Below, piece after piece: positions 38,790-48,510 of a stretch of DNA of 64,000 bases (positions within the stretch are counted from its first letter, which is position 1; every line of letters starts with the position of its first letter). Both the position numbers and the translations under genes were made by a program. Under the pieces are notes generated by a model. It worked only from the letters and a program-made list of their open reading frames with translations, was not told where the DNA came from and searched no databases. The stretch spans positions 1,024,001-1,088,000 of the forward strand of contig CBDCDC010000001.1 in the NCBI GenBank assembly GCA_965215195.1, given 5' to 3'. The stretch is from Candidatus Latescibacterota bacterium (GTDB taxonomy: Bacteria > Latescibacterota > UBA2968 > UBA8231).

Positions 38790-39796
38790 CCGGCGTGGCG
38801 TCTCGCAAAGACCTCGACGGCCTTTTGCACGGCGATCTTTGCAGTGTGGACCCGCTCGGCAAAGGGCCGCTCCATGCCGGTCTCAATGGTGAAGGCCAAG
38901 CCGTAGGTGTGCGCGGCAAAGTCGGCGAGGTTGAGGCCCTCGCCGCGCTGCTGGGGGTTGAGCCAGAAGACGCTGGGCGGCCCTGTGGTAAAAAAAGACC
39001 CGGGCAGATAATCGCTCGGGGCGAGGGCTGTGCCGGAGGCCGCGACCGCGGCGATCATCTCGCCGGCCATGGCCTCCTCCCACTGCTGATCGGAGGGAGT
39101 GCGCTGGTGCCGCGCCGAAAACCAGAAGAAGTCGCCTCCGTGCTCGTGGAGGTCCAGCGTCAAGCCGGGCCGGATGGCGGCCATCAGGTCGCGGGTGCAG
39201 CGCGGCTCGACCGGTGCCCAAGGGGTGTCGTGGAAGCGGTTGAGGTGGAGGACTTGGCCGGCCGGGGTGATGATTAGGGTGTACGCGCACTGAATGCCGG
39301 GATTGCTAGCGGGGAAGTAGAGCCGGCGGCCCTTGAGTGCTTCGAGCCAGTCCCCTACTCGATGGTTGTACAGGTTGCTCGTGGCGTAGCCGCACTCGCC
39401 GATCAGGGCGACCACGGTATCGCCTTCGCGATAGAGGATTTCGCCGCGCTTTTTGAGCAAGGGAGCGACGTCGTCGAGGCTAGCAAGCGCCGGGGCCGCA
39501 TCTAAGCTCAGGCCGAGCGCGTAGGCGAGGCCATTCATGCCGATGGGGTCGCGGCTGGGAATGGTGTAGAGCTGGTGCTCGGTCTCGATCTCGTCGATGA
39601 GGGCGCAGGCCGCGCTAACCCCGGCTTGTTCGGTGGCGTGGCTGCCGGCACTGATGAAAATGGCCGGTGCTTTGTCGCCGCCGCTTTTGACTGCGACAAT
39701 GGGCTGTCCGTCGGGTGCGCGGCCGAGGATCTGGGGAGTGTGGCCGTTGTCCTGAATACAGGTGAGCAGGTCGGCGTAGCGGTCGAATGGCTGCAT
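38768..39796 (-). CDS. M14-type zinc peptidase / succinylglutamate desuccinylase-like hydrolase
   Basis: AGSHATEQAG (HxxE), LNR, LDLHE, FTIET; start 39796 or 39811. Confidence 0.72.
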   Translation of the reverse strand: MQPFDRYADLLTCIQDNGHTPQILGRAPDGQPIVAVKSGGDKAPAIFISAGSHATEQAGVSAACALIDEIETEHQLYTIPSRDPIGMNGLAYALGLSLDAAPALASLDDVAPLLKKRGEILYREGDTVVALIGECGYATSNLYNHRVGDWLEALKGRRLYFPASNPGIQCAYTLIITPAGQVLHLNRFHDTPWAPVEPRCTRDLMAAIRPGLTLDLHEHGGDFFWFSARHQRTPSDQQWEEAMAGEMIAAVAASGTALAPSDYLPGSFFTTGPPSVFWLNPQQRGEGLNLADFAAHTYGLAFTIETGMERPFAERVHTAKIAVQKAVEVFARRHAGCPSATP

Positions 39797-39801
39797 GGCG
39801 T

Positions 39802-40809
39802 TTAGGCGCATAGGGGATGCGCCATTTGTGCGCGGCGGAAGGGGACGTCGATTTGGCCATCTTGGTTGATGACAGCCATTTTGGCCCGCGCCTCTAGCCA
39901 CAGCCGGTGCCACTCGGCCGGGTCGCGCAGTTCCCTGTCTGGGTTGCGGCGGCTGCGCGCGACAAACCCGGGGAAGGCGATGCGCCCGGTGGGCTGGTCG
40001 GTGGGGTTGTAGCGCAGATCAAAACTCCAGCGGACCTCGTCGCTGACGTTGGGATAGGAGCCGTGGACGGTCTGCTTGTGGACGCAGATGACGTCGCCGC
40101 GCTCAACCGGCAGGGGGATGGCGCGATCGGCCGCGAAGAGCTTTTCCGGGACTTGAGCCGCGCCGGCGAATTGCGGTGCGTTGTCCATGTAGTTGGGGCA
40201 GTGCGGCAAAAGGCCGCCTTGGTGCGAGCCGGGCGCGACCATCAGCGGCCCCTTTTCGATGGGAGTGTCTTGCAGGGAAAACCACACCGTCAGCATCTGG
40301 GTGTCGTCTGCCTCCTCGGTCACGACGCCGTGGTCTTGGTGCCACTGGGTGGCCCCGAGGATGGCGTTGCCGTATTGGTTTTTGGGTAGGTGGCACTCGG
40401 GCGGCTTGATGCGCACGTGCTGGACGGGATTGGAGTAGATTTCCGGGCCAATTAGCGACTCGACGACGTCGAGCAGGGCGGGATCGGTGAGGGCGCGGAA
40501 GACGGCCGCTCCGGCCCAGAAGGGGGTGTCGGGCTGGACGTTTTGGAAGGGCAGCGAGAAGTCGAAGTACTGGCTGTGGACGCGGCCGGTTTCAATGCAA
40601 ATTTGGATGTAGCGGTCGCCAAACTCGAGCGCTTCGTAGCGCGAGGCAATTTCGCCTTGAGCGTAGAGCGCGTCGGCCAAGCTGTCGAGGACGGTGGCGT
40701 ATTCGTCGATGACCGGGTCGAGGGTGGAGACCGGATCGAGGACGCCTTTGACGACGACGTAGCCTTCGCTGGCAAAGTGGTCGAGTTGGCGGGGGGTGAG
40801 CGCGGGCAT
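39802..40809 (-). CDS. Phytanoyl-CoA dioxygenase (PhyH) family Fe(II)/2OG oxygenase
   Basis: EGYVVV, WHQD, PGSH, HGSYPN...RWSFDLRY. Confidence 0.9.
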   Translation of the reverse strand: MPALTPRQLDHFASEGYVVVKGVLDPVSTLDPVIDEYATVLDSLADALYAQGEIASRYEALEFGDRYIQICIETGRVHSQYFDFSLPFQNVQPDTPFWAGAAVFRALTDPALLDVVESLIGPEIYSNPVQHVRIKPPECHLPKNQYGNAILGATQWHQDHGVVTEEADDTQMLTVWFSLQDTPIEKGPLMVAPGSHQGGLLPHCPNYMDNAPQFAGAAQVPEKLFAADRAIPLPVERGDVICVHKQTVHGSYPNVSDEVRWSFDLRYNPTDQPTGRIAFPGFVARSRRNPDRELRDPAEWHRLWLEARAKMAVINQDGQIDVPFRRAQMAHPLCA

Positions 40810-40966
40810 GGTTTCCTCCGATAGGTGCGCGGTTGGTGGGCGACGTGCGTGTTGTCTCTACAATACAGTACGCGGCTGCGGTCTGACAAGGGAATTGTGT
40901 CGTTGTACTTCTCTACGCGCTGGTCGAGGGCAAGTCCGGGTTTTCGCTGAACGCGAGCGGATCACA

Positions 40967-41023
40967 GCCGACGTGGATTTCCGCCAAGCCTTGCCCCGCT
41001 TTCGCAAAGGCCCAGAAGTCATC
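40967..41023 (-). pseudogene. Fragment of type ISP restriction-modification enzyme C-terminal region
   Basis: DDFWAFAKAGQGLAEIHVG matches the DFWAFxxAGxxLxxxHxxYE pattern. Confidence 0.55.
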
Positions 41024-41068
41024 TCATCCATTTCTTTGAAGATGACGGACGATTTCTCGTCTTTTCAT
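41024..41068 (-). pseudogene. hicA: HicA toxin N-terminal stub
   Basis: MKRREIVRHLQRNG*, ATGA-coupled to the hicB stop. Confidence 0.65.
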
Positions 41069-41283
41069 GTCTGTATAAAAACAGACTCGCGAATCACATC
41101 TTGTATTTCCGCAATGGATTCTTCGGCGAGCATGCGGTTGGCCTCAAGCGTCATCTCAATCGCCTCTCGGAGATTGGCTCTGGCTTCTGCAAGCGTTTCC
41201 CCTTGCGTTTTGGCACCGGGCAATTCTTCGACAAATCCGATGTATCCTTCTGGGACTTTTCTGTAAACTGCGGTGAATTTCAT
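41065..41283 (-). CDS. hicB: HicB-family antitoxin
   Basis: GYIGFVEELPGAKTQGETLAEARANLREAI; GGAGG RBS upstream. Confidence 0.88.
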   Translation of the reverse strand: MKFTAVYRKVPEGYIGFVEELPGAKTQGETLAEARANLREAIEMTLEANRMLAEESIAEIQDVIRESVFIQT

Positions 41284-41464
41284 CTCGGAAACCTCCTGTT
41301 TTCTACCATCGGCGAGATATAGAGGGATATTTCTGTTCAAGAGATTCATAGCGTTGCTGCGCCGAAGCACCTTCTTACGTTCCCTATTCGTTCTCATCGC
41401 TCATAATCTTCTCCCCTCAAGATGAACTTCGGTTCTTCGGCGAGTAGGCGATTGGCCCAAGCTA

Positions 41465-41770
41465 TCACCGGGAGTAGTCCGATGGGTTTTTCATATTACC
41501 ATTGATCACAAATACAAATGCCTTAGATAGAAATTCTTTGGCTGTATTGTCTCCCCCGTGCGTCTCGACATCAATGAGAATAATATCATTTCGGATGTCT
41601 CCGGGAGGCTTATCTTTGATCGTCAAGTCGAGTACGAGAAGGATGCTGACTTGTCTGGCTTCGACGCCTGCGTATTGAGCCGCTTGGGCCGTGTACTTCT
41701 TCGAGATGTACTCTCGGTCGCCGTTTTCCTTTTCGACTTTTAGCTCAACGCTCACTCCTTGATACCTTTA
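41465..41770 (-). pseudogene. C-terminal fragment of a PD-(D/E)XK-like nuclease protein
   Basis: VELKVE...QAAQY...ILLVLDL; AT-rich; in-frame stop just upstream and no N-terminal part. Confidence 0.45.
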
Positions 41771-41816
41771 ATATAGCAATCCTAAATCAATGTATATTGC
41801 CTTGAATTCTACTCGT

Positions 41817-44111
41817 ATGTATCACCGTCTGCTCAAAATCGCCCTGTGGAGCGGCGGTGCTTTGCTCTGGCTAGCGGGTGTGGTCGCGGCCGAGCAGGTC
41901 CGCTTTGACGCGGCCAATGAGTGGCGGACTTGGCGTTTGCCGCTGGGGATTGTTGCACTCGACGCGGCCGGCGTGATCCGCCCGGTCGAAATTCGCAAAA
42001 ACGCCGACCCGGTGCGCAATGCCGCGGCCTTTGGCGGGGGCATTCGGGCGGCGGGTTCCAATCGGCGGGACGCGGCCTTGGTCATGGACGGGGATCCGCT
42101 GACCGGCTGGGCACCCGACCCGGACGCGGCCTTAGACGACCGCTGGATCGAGATCGACTTGGGACGAGCCGTGGCCGCGCGCCGGGTCGCGCTGACCTTT
42201 TTGGATGCCGCTCGGCCGTGTGCGCTGTTCGACGTGTTGCTTTCTACTGGGGAGCCAGCCATCGACGTGGTCGGCAACCCCATTGCAGGCAGCCTCGTGT
42301 ACCGCGTACAGGAGCGCTTCAAGGAAAACCAACGGCAGGGGGTCGCGCTAGAATTGGACCCGGTACGCGACCCGTTTGTGCAATTTATTCGCGTCGAAGT
42401 GCTCAACTGTGGTGCCGGGGCCGCGCTGGCCGAGGTGGAGGTCGAAGCCATCGGCGACAACCTCGCCTTGGATCTGGCGGCCAAGGGCGGGGACTTGGAA
42501 ATCATCGTGGATATCGACGGCTTTGGCGACGCGGCGTCGTTTGCCAACTCCCTGCCGCTGGCCGACGGCCGCTTTTCACTGTGGACGGAAAACCGCCGCA
42601 TCAACCGCTCGGTGGATGTAATCTCGCGCATGACCTTGGACTTGGGCGCGGTCTTTTGGGTGGATTTGGTGCGCATCGTGGGGGATTTTTTGTCGCGGCC
42701 AGGGCAATTCCGCTTCAACTTCGACCGCTACGAGGTGCTGACTGCGGATGGATCGCTGGCACCAGATGGTACGCGGATATGGCATCGGCAATTCGCCGGC
42801 AAGGCCACGCGGTCCAATCGCCAGCTCGGGATCGCCAACCACCACTTTGAGCCGATTGAGACGCGCTACGTGCGGGTCGAATGGGTGTTTTGGGACGCGG
42901 CCTGCGCGGCCGCTTGCGTGGGCTGTGGCATTGTGCCGCCCTGCCAGTTTTGGGGCGGTACGCGCGAGCTACAGATCTTTGGCGAGGGCCATCCGCAGCG
43001 GGTGGTGTTGCCCTCGCCCCTGATCGACCTCGGCGGCGACAAGCAGGTCCACGCGATCCACTGGCGGGCCGACGCACCCGCTGGGACGCGGGTGGAGGTG
43101 CGCAGCCGCACGGGCAATGACCTGCAAATGGACATCACCTATCGCGACAAAAATGGTCGGGTCGTCTCCGAGCGCAAGTACAACAAGCTCATTCCGTCCT
43201 TTAAGGGCCGGATCGACACCGCCCTGTCGCCGGGGGCCAATTGGAGCCCGTGGAGCAAGCTGTACTTGCAGCCGGGCGAGCCGTTTTCTTCGCCTTCGCC
43301 GCGGCAATACGCCGAGCTGGAGGTCGCCTTGGTGTCCGAGCGGTCGGATGCGGGGGTGGCTTTAGATTGGCTGGAGATCGAGTTCGGCGATCCGGTGGCG
43401 CAAGAAGTGGTGGGGGAGATTTTTCCGGTTGAAGTGCAGCCCGGGGAGCCGACCGAGTTTGCCTATTACATTCGTCCGCAGCAGGTGGCGGGTTCGGGCT
43501 TTGATCACTTGGAGGTGGAGACCTCCGCGCCGATTGAGTTCGTGGCGGTGTTGGTGGCGGGCGAGGTGGTGGAGGCGATGGCCGAGCCGACGGCCGGGGG
43601 GTTGGCCATCGCCTTGGCTGCGCCGGTCAAGAGCCGTCAGCTAGTGGAGTTGCGCTTTGCTGGAACCGTGTTTGTCGATGCCACGCGCTTTGACGCCTTT
43701 ATTGCCCAAGGCTCGGCCGACGCCCTGTTGCGGCAGCGGGTGGATGCCGGCGACGCGTACGCGGAGGTCGCCAGCAGCACAAATGCCGTGCGCTTGCCCG
43801 TAGGGGCGCGGCTGTTGGCCAACGTGGCGATGGGGCCGCTGGCGTTGACGCCCAACGGCGACGGGGTCAACGACGCGCTGCGGGTGGAATTCGATTTGGT
43901 CAATGTCTTGGCCGCACGGTGGATCGGCCTGCGGATTTTCGACCTTGCGGGGCGGGTGGTGTGGGCGCGGGAAGAGGAGGGCGCGGCCGGTGGGCGGGTT
44001 TGGGTTTGGGACGGCCGGGGGGCTGCCCCCGGGCTGTACGCGGCGGAATTGCGCGTCGAGGGGGACGGGGAAAGCGATAGTCGGCGGCGCGTGGTCGCCG
44101 TTGTCTACTAG
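41817..44111 (+). CDS. Secreted tandem F5/8-type-C-like + FlgD-Ig protein (subtype B)
   Basis: Signal peptide; WIEIDLGR, GDNLA, DLGAVFW, SRTGN, WSPWS, LTPNGDGVND, WDGR. Confidence 0.78.
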   Translation: MYHRLLKIALWSGGALLWLAGVVAAEQVRFDAANEWRTWRLPLGIVALDAAGVIRPVEIRKNADPVRNAAAFGGGIRAAGSNRRDAALVMDGDPLTGWAPDPDAALDDRWIEIDLGRAVAARRVALTFLDAARPCALFDVLLSTGEPAIDVVGNPIAGSLVYRVQERFKENQRQGVALELDPVRDPFVQFIRVEVLNCGAGAALAEVEVEAIGDNLALDLAAKGGDLEIIVDIDGFGDAASFANSLPLADGRFSLWTENRRINRSVDVISRMTLDLGAVFWVDLVRIVGDFLSRPGQFRFNFDRYEVLTADGSLAPDGTRIWHRQFAGKATRSNRQLGIANHHFEPIETRYVRVEWVFWDAACAAACVGCGIVPPCQFWGGTRELQIFGEGHPQRVVLPSPLIDLGGDKQVHAIHWRADAPAGTRVEVRSRTGNDLQMDITYRDKNGRVVSERKYNKLIPSFKGRIDTALSPGANWSPWSKLYLQPGEPFSSPSPRQYAELEVALVSERSDAGVALDWLEIEFGDPVAQEVVGEIFPVEVQPGEPTEFAYYIRPQQVAGSGFDHLEVETSAPIEFVAVLVAGEVVEAMAEPTAGGLAIALAAPVKSRQLVELRFAGTVFVDATRFDAFIAQGSADALLRQRVDAGDAYAEVASSTNAVRLPVGARLLANVAMGPLALTPNGDGVNDALRVEFDLVNVLAARWIGLRIFDLAGRVVWAREEEGAAGGRVWVWDGRGAAPGLYAAELRVEGDGESDSRRRVVAVVY

Positions 44112-45061
44112 CAGTTGTGCCTGTCCGCCAACAGTTTCTTACACCAGGTGATTTGGGTGTTGAGGCCGTACTCCAGGGCGGTGTTGGGGGCGAAGCCGAG
44201 CATAGATCGCGCCTTGTCGATATTGGCCCGCGTATGGGTCTGATCACCAGGGCGCGGCGGAAGAACTTTCAGGCGAGCCTTCTCGCCCAAAATTTTTTCC
44301 ACGATCTCAATCCCGCGCCTTGTCGTCGTCTCGATATCCGAGCCAATGTTGAAAATTTCACCTGCACACTGGTCTGGGTGATCGAGGACCGCGAGGAGTC
44401 CGGCTACGGCGTCTTGTACAAATGTATAGGCGCGCTTGTGGTCCTGACTGCCGTCGTATAAAGGGAAATCCTCGCCTTGCAAGATGCTGCTTATCAGCTT
44501 CATGTAGAGTTTTTCTGGGCGCTCGCGCGGGCCATAAACAGAGAATAGGCGCATGGAACACACGGGCAACTTGCGCTCGCGCCAGTACGCCAATGCCAAT
44601 TGCTCGGCGGCGAGCTTGGTCGCGCCGTAGTAGGAGATGGGCGCGGGCACGGCAGTCTCGGCGGCCGTGGCACGCCGTCCATAGACCGACGAAGTAGAGA
44701 TGTTGACTAGGAAAGGTCGTCGCTTGCTCCTCGCGCACGCTTCGAGTAAGGCGCGGGTGGCGACTAGATTGTTGCGCACGTACGCGTCTGGAGGAACGCG
44801 AGCGGCAAGGCCGGGTTGGGCTGCAAGGTGGAATACCAGTTCGGCGTCTGCAAGTGCCCCCTCCAACTTGTCGCAGGCCAAGTCCAACTGCTCGATTCGC
44901 ACCCCGGCATCTGCCAGCTCGCACGCGTTGCGCCTCTTCATCCAGACCGGATAGTAGTCGCTGAAAGCATCGACGCCAACTACGTTGTGCTCGAGGGACG
45001 CTAGCCGTTCGCAAAGATGCGATCCCACAAAACCTGCGGCACCTGTTACGACAATCTGCAC
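44108..45061 (-). CDS. NAD-dependent nucleotide-sugar epimerase/dehydratase
   Basis: TGAAGFVGSH, HLAAQPG, STSSVYG, YGATK, VYGPRERP. Confidence 0.9.
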   Translation of the reverse strand: MQIVVTGAAGFVGSHLCERLASLEHNVVGVDAFSDYYPVWMKRRNACELADAGVRIEQLDLACDKLEGALADAELVFHLAAQPGLAARVPPDAYVRNNLVATRALLEACARSKRRPFLVNISTSSVYGRRATAAETAVPAPISYYGATKLAAEQLALAYWRERKLPVCSMRLFSVYGPRERPEKLYMKLISSILQGEDFPLYDGSQDHKRAYTFVQDAVAGLLAVLDHPDQCAGEIFNIGSDIETTTRRGIEIVEKILGEKARLKVLPPRPGDQTHTRANIDKARSMLGFAPNTALEYGLNTQITWCKKLLADRHNC

Positions 45062-45256
45062 GACACCCTTCTATGTTCTGTACACTGTTCGCGTCTGACG
45101 AAAGCGGCGGAAATGTTTAGTTAGTCAATGAGACTGTTTAGTATAACCAACATCTGTAAATATGGCTAATCAATGACGTAAGTCGATGTATTTTCTATAT
45201 GTAGAACGCCTCGTTACCTACTTCCAAGCCTTTGAAAATTTTTACCTGACGGGCAT

Positions 45257-45281
45257 TCGCGGGCGAGACGCCCTCGATCCC
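45257..45281 (+). repeat. REP-like palindrome (GGGCG-AGA-CGCCC-TCGATCC)
   Basis: Hairpin; near-copy at 51039..51065. Confidence 0.55.
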
Positions 45282-45473
45282 AGCGGCTTGGAGTCAAGGC
45301 CGAGAGCGAAACCCTAGTTTTCAGATGGCTTCTTAAGGCGGGCAAGGAACTGGTGCTCAAATGCCACCCACCGGACTTTGCCGAGCCTTCTTAGGCCCGA
45401 CCCGCTCTTGGCACTATATTATGGAATTAATACGCGAAACCACTAGCGTCGTTCAGGCGCGGGAGAACGGAAT

Positions 45474-46136
45474 ATGAGACTGATCCTCGTAGGTTGCGAA
45501 TACGTCGGCAAGACGACCTTAGCTGGCGAAATTGTCGGTTGGATTGAGCGCACCTTTGGCTCGTCGCGCACCTTCCACGACCACTTCAGCCTGCCGTGCA
45601 ACGAGTTCCCCGTAGAGGAACAGGAGCAACTGCTGGCACTTAGTCCGCGGCTGAAGGAAATGTTCCAGCGCTACATGATGAACTACCACTTCCATCCCGC
45701 CTTTTACAGCGACCCGGACCACAACTTGGTGGGTTTCCACCTTGAAGAGGCCGTGTACGCGCCCCTGTACTACGGCTACGGGGGCCGAGGCGAGTACGCC
45801 GACCGCGCCGCACTGGCTCGGGCCTTCGACGAGGAGATCATGCAGCACGCGCCCGATACGGTACTCGTGCTGCTGCGCGCCCGGCCCGAAGTCATTGCCC
45901 AGCGCATGCGCGAGCAGCCGCACGAGCGGCCGGTGGTGCAAGAAAAGGATATCGAATGCGTGTTGCAGCGCTTTGAGGAGGAATTTAGCGACTCGCTCAT
46001 CCGCAAGAAATTCGCCCTCGACACGTCCGACGCCACAGTAGAGCAGACCTTGGCGGAATTCACCGGGGAGATAAAAAAGCACCTCAGCGAAGCCGACCGC
46101 TTGCGCCTTTTGGCCCATCAGAACTGGCCGACCTAG
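45474..46136 (+). CDS. P-loop nucleoside/nucleotide kinase-like protein
   Basis: N-terminal LILVGCEYVGKTT; LVLLRA.PEVI..R lid region. Confidence 0.6.
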   Translation: MRLILVGCEYVGKTTLAGEIVGWIERTFGSSRTFHDHFSLPCNEFPVEEQEQLLALSPRLKEMFQRYMMNYHFHPAFYSDPDHNLVGFHLEEAVYAPLYYGYGGRGEYADRAALARAFDEEIMQHAPDTVLVLLRARPEVIAQRMREQPHERPVVQEKDIECVLQRFEEEFSDSLIRKKFALDTSDATVEQTLAEFTGEIKKHLSEADRLRLLAHQNWPT

Positions 46137-46139
46137 GCC

Positions 46140-47612
46140 ATGCCGCAGCCCTTTCTCGACTGGTATGGCGTATGGGCCGGTCAAGCCGGCATCGCCGGCG
46201 GCCAAGCTTGGGTGCAAGACCCGCCGGTTGGCGTGCGCTTGGCCGTGCAGGAGGCGCGCAAATCCCCGGTTTTTATTAAGCCGGAGCATCCTTGGGAAGC
46301 GGGTGGCCTGACGCCGCAAGCCGTGCTCTGCGATGGCGGTGTGCTGAAGATGTGGTACATCGCCCGCGGCGCAGGGGACGACCCCCCCCCCTTCATCGCG
46401 TACGCCGAGAGCGCGGACGGCTTTTGTTGGGAGCGACCAGCCCTGCATTTGCAAGAGTACGGCGGCAGCACGGCCAACAACCTGCTCTTTCGCTTTGGCG
46501 ACTTTGGGCTGCAATCCGCATTTGTGGATCCGGCGGCCCCACCGCAGGCTCGTTACAAAGCGATGGCGCGCGATTCCATTACCTATCACGAGGGCGTGCC
46601 GGTGCCGGCGATGACGCGGGAGCGCAAGTGGGCCATTCGCCGCGCCATGACAGAGGCCGGCTACACGCCAGAGCAGCGAGCCGCCGCTTTGTATTTCGTC
46701 GGCTTGCTCAAAGGGGCGGTGTCGCCCGACGGCAAGCAGTGGACGTTTTTGCAGGAGCCGCTTTTGAACGTGGGCCGCACCGGACTCGACAGCCACAACA
46801 TCGCCGCGTACGACGCGGAAGCCGGCCAATACGTGGCCTATTTGCGCGGCCATCAGCATCGCCGCCGCATCGTGCGCCGCACCGAGGGCGCGGAGTTTGG
46901 GAAATGGTCGCGGCCGCGCCCGGTATTCGGCGCGGACCCGCAAGATCCCATCGACGACGACGTGTACGCGTCGGGCTATTGCCGCTATCCCCACGGCGGC
47001 TTCCACCTGATGTTCCCGGCCATGTACCACCGCTGGACGGCCACGATAGATGTGCAATTGGCGACCAGCCGCGACGGCTCCTTGTGGAGCCGGCCCGAGC
47101 GCAAGCCCATCATCTCCCGCGAGCCTGAGGGGTACGGCATGGTGTTTGCCTTCCCGGAATTGGTCCCGCTCGGCCCGGAGACGTGGGGCGTGATGTTCAT
47201 CGGGCAGTACGACTTGCACGACTGGGGCGAGCGGCGCGATCCGGGCCGTCCTGCGGAATGGCGTTGGGCCACTTGGAAGCGGGATCGGCTGGTAGCTCTC
47301 GAAGCGCCGGTGGAGGGGCGCGCAACGCTGGTTGAACGCGCGTGCGAGGGCTGCGAGTTGACGCTCAATTTTCAGACGCAAAAGGAAGGCGGTTGGATCA
47401 AAGCCGAGCTGGTTGAGCCGCCCGCTTCGCCGGCCGCGCCGGTGCAGGCCATAGCGGGCTTTGGGGTACAGGAAGCCGACGCGCTGGCTGGCGACGAGTT
47501 GGCCGGGGTGGCGACGTGGCGGGGAAGCAGCGATTTGTCGGCCTTGCGCGGCAGGCAGGTGGCCATTCGCCTGCATCTATCCCGGGCGAAGGTGTTTGCG
47601 GTGGAGATGTAG
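46140..47612 (+). CDS. Beta-propeller (GH32/43/130-like) hypothetical protein
   Basis: PEHPWE, AYAESADGFCWERP, SPDGKQW, LATSRDGSLWSR Asp-box-like motifs. Confidence 0.6.
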   Translation: MPQPFLDWYGVWAGQAGIAGGQAWVQDPPVGVRLAVQEARKSPVFIKPEHPWEAGGLTPQAVLCDGGVLKMWYIARGAGDDPPPFIAYAESADGFCWERPALHLQEYGGSTANNLLFRFGDFGLQSAFVDPAAPPQARYKAMARDSITYHEGVPVPAMTRERKWAIRRAMTEAGYTPEQRAAALYFVGLLKGAVSPDGKQWTFLQEPLLNVGRTGLDSHNIAAYDAEAGQYVAYLRGHQHRRRIVRRTEGAEFGKWSRPRPVFGADPQDPIDDDVYASGYCRYPHGGFHLMFPAMYHRWTATIDVQLATSRDGSLWSRPERKPIISREPEGYGMVFAFPELVPLGPETWGVMFIGQYDLHDWGERRDPGRPAEWRWATWKRDRLVALEAPVEGRATLVERACEGCELTLNFQTQKEGGWIKAELVEPPASPAAPVQAIAGFGVQEADALAGDELAGVATWRGSSDLSALRGRQVAIRLHLSRAKVFAVEM

Positions 47613-47955
47613 GTTGGGCCGCCAGGACCGCGAAGGGTGGGGTGCCAAGGTGATTGACCGTCTGTCCCATGACCTACGCGATGCCTTTCCGGACATGCGG
47701 GGGTTGTCGCCGCGCAACCTCAAGTACATGCGCGCCTTCGCCGCCGCTTGGCCGGACCGCGCAATTGTGCAACGCACCGTTGCACAAATTCCTTGGCGCA
47801 GCAACGTGACCCTGCTCGACAAGGTCACGGACGCGCAAACTCGCCTGTGGTACGCCCAAAAAGTCCGTGAGGAAGGTTGGAGTCGGGATGTGCTGGCGAT
47901 GCAGATCGAGACCAAGCTACACGAGCGCGAGGGCAGGGCTGTCACCAACGATTGA
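47613..47955 (+). pseudogene. YhcG/DUF1016 N-terminal domain fragment (truncated at both ends)
   Basis: EGWGAKVIDRLSHDL..FPDMRGLSPRNLKYMRAFA, QIPW, WSRDVL; no start codon and no PDDEXK half. Confidence 0.85.
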
Positions 47956-47985
47956 GGCTGAGTTGTCCGGGTGGGAGAATGGGGA

Positions 47986-48510
47986 ATGAATGCCGACCGG
48001 AAAATCATTGTCATCGCCGGACCCAATGGCGCGGGAAAAACGACCTTTGCACGGGAGCATTTGCCGCACGAAGCTGAATGTCCCGCCTTTGTCAACGCCG
48101 ACCTGATCGCAGCGGGTCTGTCTCCTTTTCAGCCGGAAGCCGCTCTTTTTCGCGCTGGCCGGTTGATGTTGGAGGAAATTAAAAATCACGTGCAGCAGCG
48201 AAGAAGTTTTGCCTTTGAAACTACCTTGTCTGGTCTCGGCTATGCCAGCATGATCCCGCGCTGGCGCAGCGACGGTTATGCGGTCAAGCTGATATTTCTG
48301 TCGCTGGCAACGCCGGAAGAAGCGATCAAGCGGGTTGAGTTGCGCGTAAGGCAAGGCGGCCACCGCGTTCCACCGGAGGTCATTTGCCGCCGCTTTGCGA
48401 GTGGTTTGCAGAATTTTCAGAATACGTATCGCCACATCGTCGATTATTGGCAGTGGTTTGATAATGGTGGCCGCATTCCCAAATTGATTGATGAAGGAGA
48501 AAACCCATGA
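47986..48510 (+). CDS. Zeta-toxin-like P-loop protein
   Basis: IAGPNGAGKTT, FVNADLIA, FAFETTLSG, RVRQGGH. Confidence 0.88.
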   Translation: MNADRKIIVIAGPNGAGKTTFAREHLPHEAECPAFVNADLIAAGLSPFQPEAALFRAGRLMLEEIKNHVQQRRSFAFETTLSGLGYASMIPRWRSDGYAVKLIFLSLATPEEAIKRVELRVRQGGHRVPPEVICRRFASGLQNFQNTYRHIVDYWQWFDNGGRIPKLIDEGENP

